Positions 23,323 to 38,068 of a DNA stretch of 64,000 nt are shown here, one piece after another (the stretch's first letter is position 1; each line of letters begins with the position of its first letter). The notes below the pieces were generated by a model that saw nothing but the letters and a program-made list of their open reading frames with translations, made no database searches and was not told where the DNA came from. The translations under genes and the position numbers were made by a program. The DNA comes from Dictyostelium discoideum (taxonomy: Eukaryota): positions 1,152,001 through 1,216,000 of the forward strand of contig CM000155.2 in the NCBI GenBank assembly GCA_000004695.1, read 5' to 3'.

Positions 23323-23895
23323 ATAAACATTACCACAAGTAAATACATTGTCATATCTTGTTGAACCACACCACATTGTCTATTTTCAGTGGTCTTTCCA
23401 CAACGACAGATGGACTTGTTTTTAACTTACATGATCCACATGGACCAGTAGACAACGATCGTGTAACAACTGGTGGTCGGTGTCATCAGTGTTAGTTTTT
23501 CCTAATGATTTCTTTATTGTGTTGGTTATTGCTGCTGAAGTTATTGGTGTTGTAATGTTGGGTGATGGTGGTGGTGTCGAATGGTTATTTAATTGTTGTT
23601 GGGATTGTTGATTTATTAGTTGAATGTGTTGTTGAAGAAGTTGACTTTGTTTGCAAAATTCATGAATGTTGTCCAAGCACACCAACACATGATGAAGCAG
23701 GTAACCAAGATTGTATAATTTATACTAGATTTTCTTCACTCGATCTAAATTCACAAGAATATGCAAATAAATTACAAATTGAGCCATTACAGTCTATATC
23801 AATAGTATCACCAAAAACTATTAAAAAAATTGAACCAATCCTTATAAAGATTGTAAGTAGTAGTAGTAATAGTAGTAGTAGTAGTAGTATTTAAT

Positions 23896-24000
23896 AAATA
23901 ATTAAAAATGAATTAATTCATTAATTATAATTAATTATAATTAATTCATTAATTATAATTAATTATAATTAATTCATTAATTATAATTAATTATAATTAA
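23896..24000. repeat. Tandem repeat of ~3 copies of the 32-bp unit aattcattaattataattaattataattaatt.
   Basis: Direct inspection. Confidence 0.8.
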
Positions 24001-24700
24001 TTATTTATATATATAATATATAAAGAAAACAAACAATTAAATATTTAATTGATTCAATTCAATTATTTTAATTCAAATGGAACTATCAAATGAAATATAG
24101 AGAAAAGAAAGCATTAAATAAAATTTTTTAAGAAATCATCTTATCAAATACCATCACTAAGATTAAGTGAAACTGTTGGAATAGGTACATCAGGTAATAG
24201 TTCAAGTAATAGTATCAACAATAACAACAGTAGTAATGGCCAAAATTATGCATCCATTAAGTCCAATTCGTTGTGGTGGTATTAATAATCAAAAACAACC
24301 AAAATTAGAAGTTTTATCACCTGCTTTATTATTTAGAGAATTTTAGAAATTTAGATTCAATTTTAATATACCTCTCAAATTAAAATCATTTTAATCAATA
24401 TGATCCATCCATGTTTTATACAACTAATAATATTAATAATGAATCTACTAAAAGACACAATCAACAAAATTAAAATCATTGACTGTTTTTAGTAGATAAA
24501 ATCATTTTTAAAAGATTGTTGGTGAAAAAAAAAAAAAACATTTTAGCTTTTTCTTGTGATTAATTAATTTATTTTGTTATTTTGTATTATGTTTTGTATA
24601 TACAAAAAGAAATTCCAAAAATAAAAAAGTTATTAAAAAAAAAAATCCGCATTGTTGCTTATATTTTATTTAATATAAAGAGATATAATTAATTATAAGT

Positions 24701-25335
24701 TTATGCAGTTGGTTGGAAAGCAATTTGGTCTTCACCGTCGATGATGTAACCGAATGAGAAAGTTTGACCTGGTTGGATGACTGGATACCATTGGAGAGCC
24801 CAAGTATTTTTGGTTTCATCAACAGCAAGACCCCAGATTGAGTTTGGACGGAGTGGAGATGAGGTGAAGGTTGGGTTGGTGACGGTTACTGAACCAGTGT
24901 TGGTGATGATACCACCGAATTGGGAGACAGTTTTACCGTTTTCAAACCATGAGGAGTAACGAGTTTGATCGATCTTTAATGGTGAAGTAGTGTTGGTACA
25001 GACACATTGTGGTTTGATGTAATAGATTGAAGTTGGTTTGCTACAGTATGAACCGAACCAGGCGTCAGCTTCAGTACGTAAGACACCACCGATAACTCTT
25101 GGTGGGCTAGCTCTTAAACCATAGTAACGGCCAAAGATGTATGAGGAATCCATTGGGATGTTTGACATACAGATTTTGCAAAGTAAATCACTGTTGAAGG
25201 TACCCCAGACAATGGTTTTGAAGTCAGCCCACAAAAGAGCAGCTGAGCACATGGCGCATGGCTCTATAGGAGTTTGTTAGTTGTTCAATTGATTGATCAC
25301 ATGATCATTCATTATTATTTTTTAAAAAAATAAAA

Positions 25336-25395
<60 letters not shown>

Positions 25396-25843
25396 AGTAT
25401 TTGTAGATTAAAACATTATTATTACATATTAATTACTTACCTCCAGAAGTGTAAAGAGTGTAGTTGGTGAAAGAGGTGATACCGTGTAAAGCAGTACAGT
25501 TGTTGATGGCAACGATTTCACCATGTGAAATGATATTTGGTTTACCAGTGTTGACACCAAGACACATTAAAGTACCATTTTGGTGGTAGATTGAAGCAAC
25601 GAATTTCTTATTTTGTTGTTTGGCGATGGCAAGGACGTAAGCCATACGTTCTTCGTGCATACCTAATTCTTGTGGATCGAGATCAGCTGGAGTGAGAACT
25701 TGAGCATTGTCGGTTGGTTTCCAGCTTACTTTTTGAGTGGCTGTACATTCACCGATGGTTGAAATGTTTGGATTGAATTCATCGCATGCAAATGATAATG
25801 CAATAAATGCGAGTAAAATAGTTAATAATAAAGCAATCTTCAT
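24701..25843 (-). CDS. Secreted TadA/guanine-deaminase-like zinc deaminase with a CBM-like C-terminal domain, copy 4 (apparently intact). Minus-strand exons 25441..25843 and 24701..25263 (~321 aa).
   Basis: Signal peptide MKIALLLTILLAFIALSFA. Core motifs are HGEIVAI and, across the intron, G|EPCAMCSAALLWADFKTIVWGT. Exon 1 ends at phase 1 on a GTAAGT donor (rc of acttac at 25435-25440). The acceptor is cctatAG (rc of ct at 25264-25265). The C-terminal ~110 aa (CVCTNTTSPL..WFENGKTVSQFGGIITNTGSVTVTNP..NTWALQWYPVIQPGQTFSFGYI) reads like a CBM2-type beta-sandwich. Confidence 0.65.
25337..25393. repeat. Poly(A) homopolymer of ~57 nt inside the deaminase intron.
   Basis: Direct inspection. Confidence 0.9.
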
Positions 25844-26098
25844 TTTGAATTTGTTTTATTATATAATTTTTAAATTTGTTTTAATAATAGTACAAAAGGT
25901 AATGTTAACAAATATAAGAATGTATATAAGAGAGATGTTTGTTTGTTTTGAATGATTAAAAAAAAAAAATTATTTTAAATTTATACAAAAAAAAAAATAA
26001 AAAACTTTTCGAGATATTTCCAAACTGTCACAAACGAAAATTTAATTTGGTGTTTTTTGAGCTTGTTTTTTTGAAAAAAATATCAAAAAATAAAAAGC

Positions 26099-26130
<32 letters not shown>

Positions 26131-26317
26131 GTTATTTTTTGTTGTTATTTTTAGAGCCATATAATAAAAATACAATAAAACGACCACTGCTCGTTTTCTA
26201 TTGGTAATTAAAAAAGAGTTTTCATTATTTTTTTATTGGTTTATTGTTTTCTTTTAAAAATAAAAAAACCATATGGCACAATTTTATACAAACTGCCAAA
26301 TTATTAATTGAGGCACT

Positions 26318-26355
<38 letters not shown>

Positions 26356-27220
26356 TAACCTCCATATTTTCGATTTCAATTGTTAATCGACAATCATTTT
26401 TCACACAGAGTTTCACTAAAATACTCGAATAAATTAGAAAAGAAAAAAAAACAGATCATCAAAGATTAAAAATGAGATAAAATAATGATTTGAATAATTT
26501 TCATTTTATTTCAAAAAAAAAAACTGATAAAAACGATTAAAAATTTCAATCTCCTACAATCTAATTTTAACAAGAGATAAACTACATTTATGTATTAGTA
26601 CAAGTTCAACATAATTGTCACAAAAAAAAAAAAAAAAAAATATAAACTTTCAATGAATTTTTAAATTTTAAACAAAATTTCATTACATATCTTTTTTTGA
26701 AGATATCTTTTTTTTTTTTTTACAATAAAATTAATTCTTTCATATTTAAATAGTTTTTTTACTTTATAATTTAATTAAATGTTGTAATTTAATTTAATTA
26801 AAAAAAATAAAAAAAAGTGTAGAATCAAATTCATTATGATAATGCAAATATGATTGAAAATTCTTGCTTTAAAATAAAAAGTTTTAATTAAAAAGAAAGA
26901 AAATGATTGGTCAAAGTGGTTGATGCTATTTTTGAAACCCATGTTTTGATTTTACTAAAAAACTGTTTTAAAGTGTAAAACAATATCGTCATTTAATTTT
27001 AGACTAAAATTTGCGTATGCTTTTTATTTTTAATTTTTTTTATTTTTTTTTTTATTTTTTTTTTTAATTTTTTTTTTTTTATTTTTATTTTTTAACTGCA
27101 ATGAAAAAAATCTTTTGAATACCAATAGGTTATAACAATTTATTAATTTTTATTTATATTCCAATAATAATAATAAGATAATATTATCTTTGACCATTCA
27201 TTTTCAAATTTGAATAAATG

Positions 27221-27254
<34 letters not shown>

Positions 27255-28006
27255 AAACTTAATTTTAAAAATAATGCAATTTCGGTTTCTCTCATAAAAA
27301 ATTGAAAAGTAATTTTATGCGGCACTGGGTTTGTCTCTTTTTTTTACTTTTATTTTTTTATTTTTATGTGACTCCCTTAAAATATCTTTGTGATTACAAA
27401 TTTTTTTATTTTATTTTTATTTTATTTTTATTTTTTATTTTTTTTTTTTTTATTTTATATTTTATTTTATTTTATATTTTATTTTATTTTTTTTTTACTC
27501 AAAAAAAACCGTGTTTTTTGAATCTAACAAATAACCAATTCAATGAGATTCAATTGGTGGCCAAAATGTAATAATTTTATATTTATTGAAATTTTAAATA
27601 GAGTAATCCAAATACTATCAATTTATTCAATAGTTGAAAGAATGGTAATAGAAAGGTAGTGAGTTATTAAGATAGTTGTATAAAGAAAATAATGGTATTA
27701 AAAATAAAGAATCTATAATTTCAATTTTATCAAATATAAAAAAAATATGTCGTAAAAAAATTTAATAAAAATTAATTAAAAATAAAATAAAACCTAACAA
27801 AATTCAATTTAAAGCGTTTAACCAAATAGTGTTGGTTTTTTTTTTTTTTTGAAAAATTTTATTATTTTTTTGATAAGTTTCAAAGTAAAAAAAACTGCAA
27901 AAAAAAAAATCATTCCGATGCGGCAAGAGATCATTTTTTATTAAAATTTTTTTTTTTTTTTAGTTTTTAAATTAATTTTATATACATAACATTTTAATTA
28001 ATCAAA

Positions 28007-28332
28007 ATGAAATATTATTATATTTTAATTGTTTTTTTATATTTAATATTTTCAATAAATATTAGTTTTTCAATTGATGTTATAAGTAGTCAAGGTAAGT
28101 TTTTTTTTTTTTTTTTATTTAAAATTTAATTTATATTATTATTATTTTCTAATTTTATAAAAAATACATATAAAAAAAAAAAAGTACAATGTTTAAATAA
28201 TATTGCAATAAATACTGGTGATGTTACTTTAAATCCAACAAATGGTGCTGAACTTAAAACAATATTTTGTGGTTTAGGTTCTAATTTATGTCATGATAAT
28301 GGTTCAGTTTCACAAATGTAAGATTAATAATA

Positions 28333-28369
<37 letters not shown>

Positions 28370-28761
28370 ACATATTAATTTAAAAAAATTTAATTTTTTT
28401 TAGATCAATCACTCAAGTTACTCAATATTCATTATCAAGTGCTGATATCCTCTGTTTTCCAAATTTAGTATATTTTAAAGGAAAAAAATTGACAAGTATT
28501 AGTCCAAGTTTTTTTATAACTTTTAATCCTTCAATTACAGATATGTAAATATTTGTTTATATTATATATGTATATTAATCTATAAATATAATTGATTACT
28601 AATTATTCCATATTTAGGGATATTTATGCATCAAATTTAGTTCAATTGGATTTCCCAATTAACCCATTGCGTCAATTATTATTTGGTGGAGTATCATTAA
28701 TAAAAATGACATCATTAAATAATGTTAAAAGTTTGTATGTATTAAAATATTTTTATTATAA

Positions 28762-28795
<34 letters not shown>

Positions 28796-31700
28796 TGTAT
28801 TAATTTTAATTTTAAAAGTGGTGCATATGATGATTCAGACATTACAATTGATACTAGTGGTGATACAAGTAATAGTGTTTTATGGAATTTTGGTTGTTAT
28901 ACTAATAATATACCGAATTTTTCAGTTGGATTACCATTATTAACATCACTTAGTTTTGGAATTGGTAGTGCATTTGTTGAATCATCATTGGATAATGTTA
29001 TATCATATGATGGTAAAATAAAATCATTAGCATTTTCTGGTGCTGGAAAAGAGATTCCATTTCCAATGAAATTATCAGAATTACAAAATTGTAAAATTAC
29101 TACTTTGTAAGTACTTTGTTGAGTGATTTGATGTATTTGAAAAAAAAAAAAAAAATTATATAAATTATTAATTGTTTTTTTTTTTTTTTTTTAAAAATCA
29201 GAAATTTCCAATATGGTGTTAATCTTAAAACAAGTAATTATATTGATTTAAGCAATATTCCATTTTTAAATACATTTTACATTTTAGAAGCAGGTCCAAA
29301 CTTTAATATTAATGGTAATTTCCCATTTAAAGCATTACCAACTACTGTAACTGATTTGTAAGTTGTACCATTTTAATATTATTTCAAAATCTTTTTAAAT
29401 ATTAACAAAAATCATCTTAATTATAATAATTTAGGGAAATTAATAATGGTAATATTCCAAATTTTCCAGATTTAAATATTTTTAATAGTACAAGTTATGT
29501 AATGTTACAAAATCTAAAAATGACAGGGTCATTACCAGTAAATCCATTAAAAAATACAAATACTATAAATTTAAGTCAAAATTTGATAAATGGTACAATT
29601 GATGATTCATGGTGTAATATATTTTTAACAATAAATAACAATCAATTAACTGGTTCAATACCAGATTGTAATTATTGTTATTTAAAAGATTCATCAGTAT
29701 ATCTTAGATTTGCAGGTAATAATTTTAATAATTATTTACCAGGTACTGCAACATGTGATCATTGTATGTATAATTATAATTAAAGAAATTTAAATTTATT
29801 ATTAAAACACACACACACAAACTAACACACACACACACATATCAATTTAATTTTAGCAAAAATTATTGCAAGTTTTGATAAAAATTCAAAAGGTTTGATT
29901 TTACATGGTAAAAACTTGGGAACATTACCAACAAATATTAAATCAAAACCAAGTTGTACATTTACATATGATTGGAAAACATTAAATTATACAGCATCAT
30001 GTAATGATGATCCAGATAAAGTCGAACTTTATTTTGTTCCACCAAATGTTAATTTTACACTTTCAACTGGTAAACTTGCACCAATTATTACTAGTATGGT
30101 TCAAGATAATGATACATTTACAATTGAAGGTTCCTATTTATCATATATTGGTTCAGAGGTTAAAGTAACCATTGGTGATACTCCAATTCAATGCATGGTA
30201 ATTGACGATGATCCAATGAATACAAGTTTTTATCAAGCAAAATGTAAAATTAATTATCCAATTGTAGAATATGGTGAAAAATTAGTATCGGTTTCAGTTT
30301 ATAATAAAGTTGGTACTATTAAAATTAATTTAAAACATACACCAGTACCATGTCCAATTGAAGATTGTAATGGAAATGGTATTTGTAATGATCATATTGG
30401 TGTTTGTGAATGTAATGAAAAATGGGCAACTGTTGGATCAAGTATTTGTACTGTTGCAAATCATTATGTTTCATCCTATGTACCATTGGTTGATGATGAA
30501 ACTGTAATTTCATTTTATGGTTGGTTTGGTTTGTCTTATAATAACCTTTCAATTACTATTGGTGAACAAAATTGTGGTAATAATATTTTTATAAATCAAA
30601 CTTTTTTCAATTGTACATTATTACCATCTTCATCACCATCATTGTTGGATAAAGCATTCACTCAACAATTATTAAATGTTACACAAAATGGAATTTCATG
30701 GTCCTCTTTAATCTATCCCTATGTAAATCCAATTTTATCATGTCCAAATAATTGTGGTAATAATGCAACCAATGGTCGATGTGATACAAAAACTGGAAAT
30801 TGTTGGTGTAATACTGGATTTACAGGTTTAGATTGTTCACCAATACCATCAACAAAATCAGATATACCAACTTCAAATACAAATGTCGATAATGTTGGTG
30901 TAGTTGGAATTTCAAATGAACAAAGTCAATTTTCAATTTCAATTGATTCCATTTTAGAGATTGATTTTTATGGTAATCCAGTAGCAGGTAAATCAAAAAT
31001 ACTTTCAAAAAATTGGATTTTATCACAATCTAAAGATAATCAAGGTATTACAATTTTCAAACAAACATTTGATACAGCAATAATGGAATTAAAAATTCAA
31101 GAGGTTCAACAAACTACATTATTCACCTTTGCAAATAATCAATTTACAGTTCAATCTGGTGGTATTAAAATTTCAATGTCCATTTCAAATTGGAATTTTA
31201 CAAATACTTTAAACACATTGGATATTAAATTATCATCAAACTCAACCATTAATCCAAAAGCAACCACTGAAAACAAATGTAATGATGATGATTTATTTAA
31301 TGTTGAATCTGAATCTAATAATAAATTTATTTCAAGTTTAAATTATATTAAAATTTCAAAACAAGGTAAACAATTATATGGTCGTTTTCAAGATAAATTC
31401 CTTAGTGATGGTAGACCAACTATGTTGACAACCAAATTATTATCATTTGATAATGAAAAAGTAATAATGGTAATTTCATTACCACATTGCGAAAACAAGT
31501 GTGAATTAGATCCTGGTATGTATAGGCTATTCTTTTATTATTATAATTTTTACTATTATTTTCAAATATTAATATTTTAAAATAATTTTATTTCCAAGAC
31601 TTTTCTGTATTGGTTTCACCAAATTTCAAATCATCAGATTCTTGTATTTCAAATAATCAAAATGGTGGTAAAAATAAACCATGGTTAATTCCAGTTGCTG

Positions 31701-31816
31701 TGGTAATTCCAATCGTTGGTGTTTGTTTAATTGCTGTCATAGTTATTATAATTATTAAAAAGAATTCAATCGCTATTAAAATTGGTTTAAATAGTATTTC
31801 AATGAAAAGAAGATAA
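28007..31816 (+). CDS. Type I membrane protein with a signal peptide, LRR-like repeats, an IPT/TIG domain, two EGF-like Cys-rich modules and a C-terminal TM helix. Nine exons: 28007..28094, 28185..28317, 28404..28544, 28618..28734, 28819..29106, 29202..29357, 29435..29763, 29857..31515, 31599..31816.
   Basis: All junctions are GT..AG and phases match (1,2,2,2,2,2,1,1). IPT/TIG: KVELYFVPPNVNFTLSTGKLAPIITSMV..TFTIEGSYLSYIGSEVKVTIGDTPIQC. EGF-like: CPIEDCNGNGICNDHIGVCECN and CPNNCGNNATNGRCDTKTGNCWCNTGFTGLDC. The last exon encodes a TM helix (LIPVAVVIPIVGVCLIAVIVIIII). The 28735..28818 segment is in frame and stop-free, so it could instead be coding. Confidence 0.6.
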
Positions 31817-32433
31817 ACTAAAAAAATAAATATTAAATCTTTTTTAAACTTTTTTTATTTTAAATCTTCAGAATCATCTAAATTTGAAATTATAGGTGTT
31901 GTTGTTAAATTACTACGTTGTAATTGTTGGTTGTTGCTGTTGTTGTTGTTGATTATTATTTACAATTATATTATTACTATATATAACACGTGAAATGACA
32001 TTGTATATTTATAAATTTTTAATAATATATTTTTTCTTAGTATTAAATCTTCAAATGCTAAAACCTTTTTATTTTTACCTTTAACAATAAATTCCATAAC
32101 ATCATTATTAATTAAAAAACAATTGCATTCCATATTCATCAAATATTAATTAATTATCTTATCTGCTTAAATGTTCCATTGGTGTTGATGACTGTGGTGT
32201 GTATGTTTTGAAAATAAATTTTTAAAAAAAAAAAAAAAAATAATAATAATAAGAAAGAATTTTAATAGTTTTTTTAAAAAGATTACTTTCATTTATGATT
32301 GAAATTTTATTTTTATTTTATTTTTACATATAATTATAATTGTTTTATTATTCAACTCATTTATTAATGGTTGTTTAAAAAAAAAAAAAAAACAATTATT
32401 TTAAAATATTTTTTAATTTAAAAAATATAATTA

Positions 32434-34464
<2,031 letters not shown>

Positions 34465-34636
34465 TTTAATATTTATTTATTTATTTTTATTTTTTATTTT
34501 TATTTATTAATTTATATATTTGTTTTTTTTTTTATTGTTTTTGAAAACAAAAAAAATAAATGAGAATAATATATCTAAAATAAGAAAATGTATATAAAAA
34601 AAAATATTATGAATTGTTTTTTTGTTTGTGTATTTG

Positions 34637-34692
<56 letters not shown>

Positions 34693-35183
34693 TAAAAAAA
34701 AAAGGACTTGTAAAAAATCAAAAACTATGAATTGGGATTTTGATTTTCTCAATAATCAAAAAAAAGTTATTTTTATTATTTTTTTTTTCAAAAAAAATAA
34801 AAAAAAAGGAGGAAATGGGCTGAATTTGTTCAAATAAAAGTATTGATAATAAAAAAAATCACATTTTTCAAATCATTTGAAAAATGAAAAGCCACTAGCA
34901 TTCCTTTTTTAACAAGAAAATGGTTCACTTATTTAAAAACCACGACAAATTCGTTTTTTTTATTCATTTTTTTTTTAATTTTTTTTTAAAATTCCTCATA
35001 TTGAATATGGGTTCCTTGCAGAGTGGAACATGTTCGATTTGAAAAAAAAAAAAAAAATTAAAATTAAAATTATAAAAATAAAGTTGATATTTTTTTTTTT
35101 TTTTTTTTGGTGCGGGTATTTATTTTATAATTTTACAATTTTTTATTTTTTTTTTAATTTTTTATTTTTTTATTTTATTTTTT

Positions 35184-35620
35184 TTAATCAGTTTCTTCTA
35201 ATTCAACATCATATGCATCTTTATCACCTAATCCAAACATAGTTGCAATGTATGATGATTTAATGAGTAATAATGTTTCTTTTGAGAATAAATAAAATGC
35301 GAAAATTTCAATTCCGAGTAATCTAACAAAGAATAAAAAGGCATATTGAGAAGAGAAAGTTATAGTTTCATTAAAAGTACATTCACCTGCGTAAACAATT
35401 CCCGGTACTTTCATTTTTGCAAGTGCATTATTAAAAATACATCCAACTTGTTCTGCAAGAATATTTTGATAATGATCTTTCTTTTCATTAATGATACCAT
35501 AAAAGATAATCATATAAAGATATTGACAGAATAATAAGAATACTAAAATTAATGGTGTAACATGTTTTAATGTATTTCCATCACTAGTTTTCTATAGATA
35601 TAAAAAAAAAATTTTGTTAG

Positions 35621-35658
<38 letters not shown>

Positions 35659-36485
35659 TTTATACATACTCTAATTAAACTATAAATTGTTAAACAAATA
35701 CCAACGAAACCAATTGCTAATGAAACAATTAATTCAGCCCAAAAGAAAGCATATTGCCAATTTTTAACTAAAATCCAACAATTAACTTGACCTACGAAAT
35801 AAGCACCATATTGGTCACCACCCATTGGAGCAAATGAAAGGACGATGTTTAAGATCCAAATTGAAGCCAAAACAATTGCAAATGCAATTTTATTCATTTT
35901 TTTGCCTGAAGCTCTAAAGAAACCATCAATGGAAAGGAAAGCAAACCACATAACAGAACCTAACCAACCAAATTGGAATAAAACACCATTGGTAGCACAT
36001 GTTTTATCAGTTTGTCTGGCATAACGATGACTTTCTGGGCAAACCATGTCAACATCATTCGTTGCAAACATAAGATCGGAAACACCAATAAAGAAAGTTG
36101 ATAAGGCAAAGCAGAAAACTGTAATAGTATGTCTATCAAATTTAAAGAAACTTCTATTCATCAATGGACCATAGATAATCATTATAATGGCACTACATGT
36201 AAATGCAACGGCACCCATTTGTTTCACTAATTTATTGAATGAATTCCAACTATCTTGTTCAAAAAATGATGATTGGCATGGCATTAAACAGTTATTAAGG
36301 AATGAAAGTTGAGGTGGAAGTGGCTTACCAATATTAATATATTGATAACCTAAATCATAATCTCCAACTGTATCATTGGTAGCTCTATATAAAAATGGAC
36401 TTGGACATGCAATTTGACCATTTACAATTTTTGAAATTCCTAAAAAGGAAATTATTACCAAAATTACAGAAAATAAAAATTTCAT
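35184..36485 (-). CDS. Frizzled/smoothened-like (fsl-type) 7TM receptor, gene B. Two minus-strand exons: 35670..36485 and 35184..35591 (~407 aa).
   Basis: Signal peptide. CPSPFLYR...CLMPCQSSFF linker motif. Seven TM helices. Exon 1 ends in phase 0 on a GTATGT donor. The acceptor is ctatAG. The second exon adds TM6-7 (VTPLILVFLLFCQYLYMIIFYGI, AFLFFVRLLGIEIFAFYLF). Confidence 0.65.
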
Positions 36486-37080
36486 TTTTTCTTACTTGGA
36501 TTATTTTTTATTTTTTTTTTTTATCTAAATTTTTATTTTTTTATTTTATTTTTTATTATTAATGATGTTATATAAATATAAAAAAAGAAATTTAAAAAAT
36601 TATTATGATGTTACAAATGTTTTAAAAAAGAAAAAAATGATTTTCTATAAAAATAAAATGAAAAAAAAAAAAAAAAAAAATTCTTTTCGTTTATAAATAG
36701 TTTCACTGCACTCCATTTTTTCGTTCCACCCCAAAAAATAATAAAAAAAAAACTAAAAATAAAATAAAAAATTAAATATCTAAACATCTTGGTTGGCTAT
36801 TTTTTTTATTCATTTTATTATAATTAAATTCAAATTTTATTTCAGTTTCCCAATCTTTAACAAATCTCAAGAAAGGAACTAACGGTTAAACTCATTATTT
36901 GAAAATTCCCAATCAACACACCTTCCATTCATTGTAAATAAGATTTTGATTAAAAATTTTTAAAAAAAAAAAAAAAAAAGAGAAAATTCACTTTTAAAAA
37001 TATCTCAAAGTTGATCGTTTGATCAATATTTAAATTTTTATTTTTTTTAATTTTTTTAATTTTTTTTTTTAAATTTAAAA

Positions 37081-37111
<31 letters not shown>

Positions 37112-37808
37112 TCATATTATTTATTTTTTCTTTTTTTTTTTTTTTTTTTTCTTTTATTTTTTCCAAATCTTTTTAGAAGCCTCAGTGTTTCCATATTTAA
37201 GAAATCAAGATAAAAAGAAAGATTCAATTCTATTAAAATTTCAATTAGAAAAAAAAAAAAAAAAATCCAATTCCACTCAAAAAAAAAAAGGATTTTTCTA
37301 ATAAACTTTGACAAAGACCATTGTTGGTTGAAATAAGATTGGTTATTTTTGTTGATGAGTTGAGGTGGAAAAATAATTTTTTTTTTTCTTTTTGAACATT
37401 ATAATTCTCACTTATATTCTTTCAAATAATATTCCTTGATTAAAAAAAAAAATAAAAATAAAAAAAATAATTAAACCATCTACATTCAGGTTTAAGTTGT
37501 CCATATTTTCTTACTCCAAAAGTTTTTAAATAAACACATCCAAGTATTCATTGCTGCCTTCCATTTTGCGAAGAATAATTTAAAAAAAAAGATTTTATTT
37601 TTTTGACAGTGGGTTATACTGTATAACTTATACATCTTCCAAATTTTTTTTTTTTGTTTTTTCAATTTTCCGTAAAACCATTTATTTTGAAATAATTTCT
37701 AAAATGATATTAGCATTCACATTCTGTATTTCGTGAGATGATAATATTTCAAAATATGAAAAGGTGGCATTGAACAAAAATTATGAAAACTAATTGATGT
37801 GTGGTTAA

Positions 37809-37839
<31 letters not shown>

Positions 37840-37974
37840 ATTTAAAAAAAATGAAAAAAATAAAAAAAACGGTAAATTACAGATAGGGTCAAAAATTGCT
37901 TTTAAACAAGGTTTTTAAATAAATAATTTTTTTTTTTTTTTTTTTTTAATTTTAATTTTTTTTTTTTTTTTTTT

Positions 37975-38007
<33 letters not shown>

Positions 38008-38068
38008 CTCGATTGTCATGTGTCAAAAAATACAAAACAAAAGGAAAAAAAAAGAAAAGAAATAAATA

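Larger units (their letters stand above)
18686..23910. repeat. Composite repeat element, copy B (the more intact one). It holds the 345-aa ORF (-), the 248-aa ORF (+), the Myb/SANT ORF (+), the hairpin element, a truncated 122-aa ORF and inverted fragments.
   Basis: See copy A. The segment 22600-23330 additionally matches 17140-17870. Confidence 0.7.

Noticed and set aside
31516-31580. Read-through C-terminus (..DPGMYRLFFYYYNFYYYFQILIF*) for the LRR/IPT/EGF protein.
   Set aside because: A GTATGT donor at 31516 and the acceptor tttccaAG at 31597-31598 join in phase to an exon encoding a clear TM helix and short cytoplasmic tail. That fits a type I membrane protein better.
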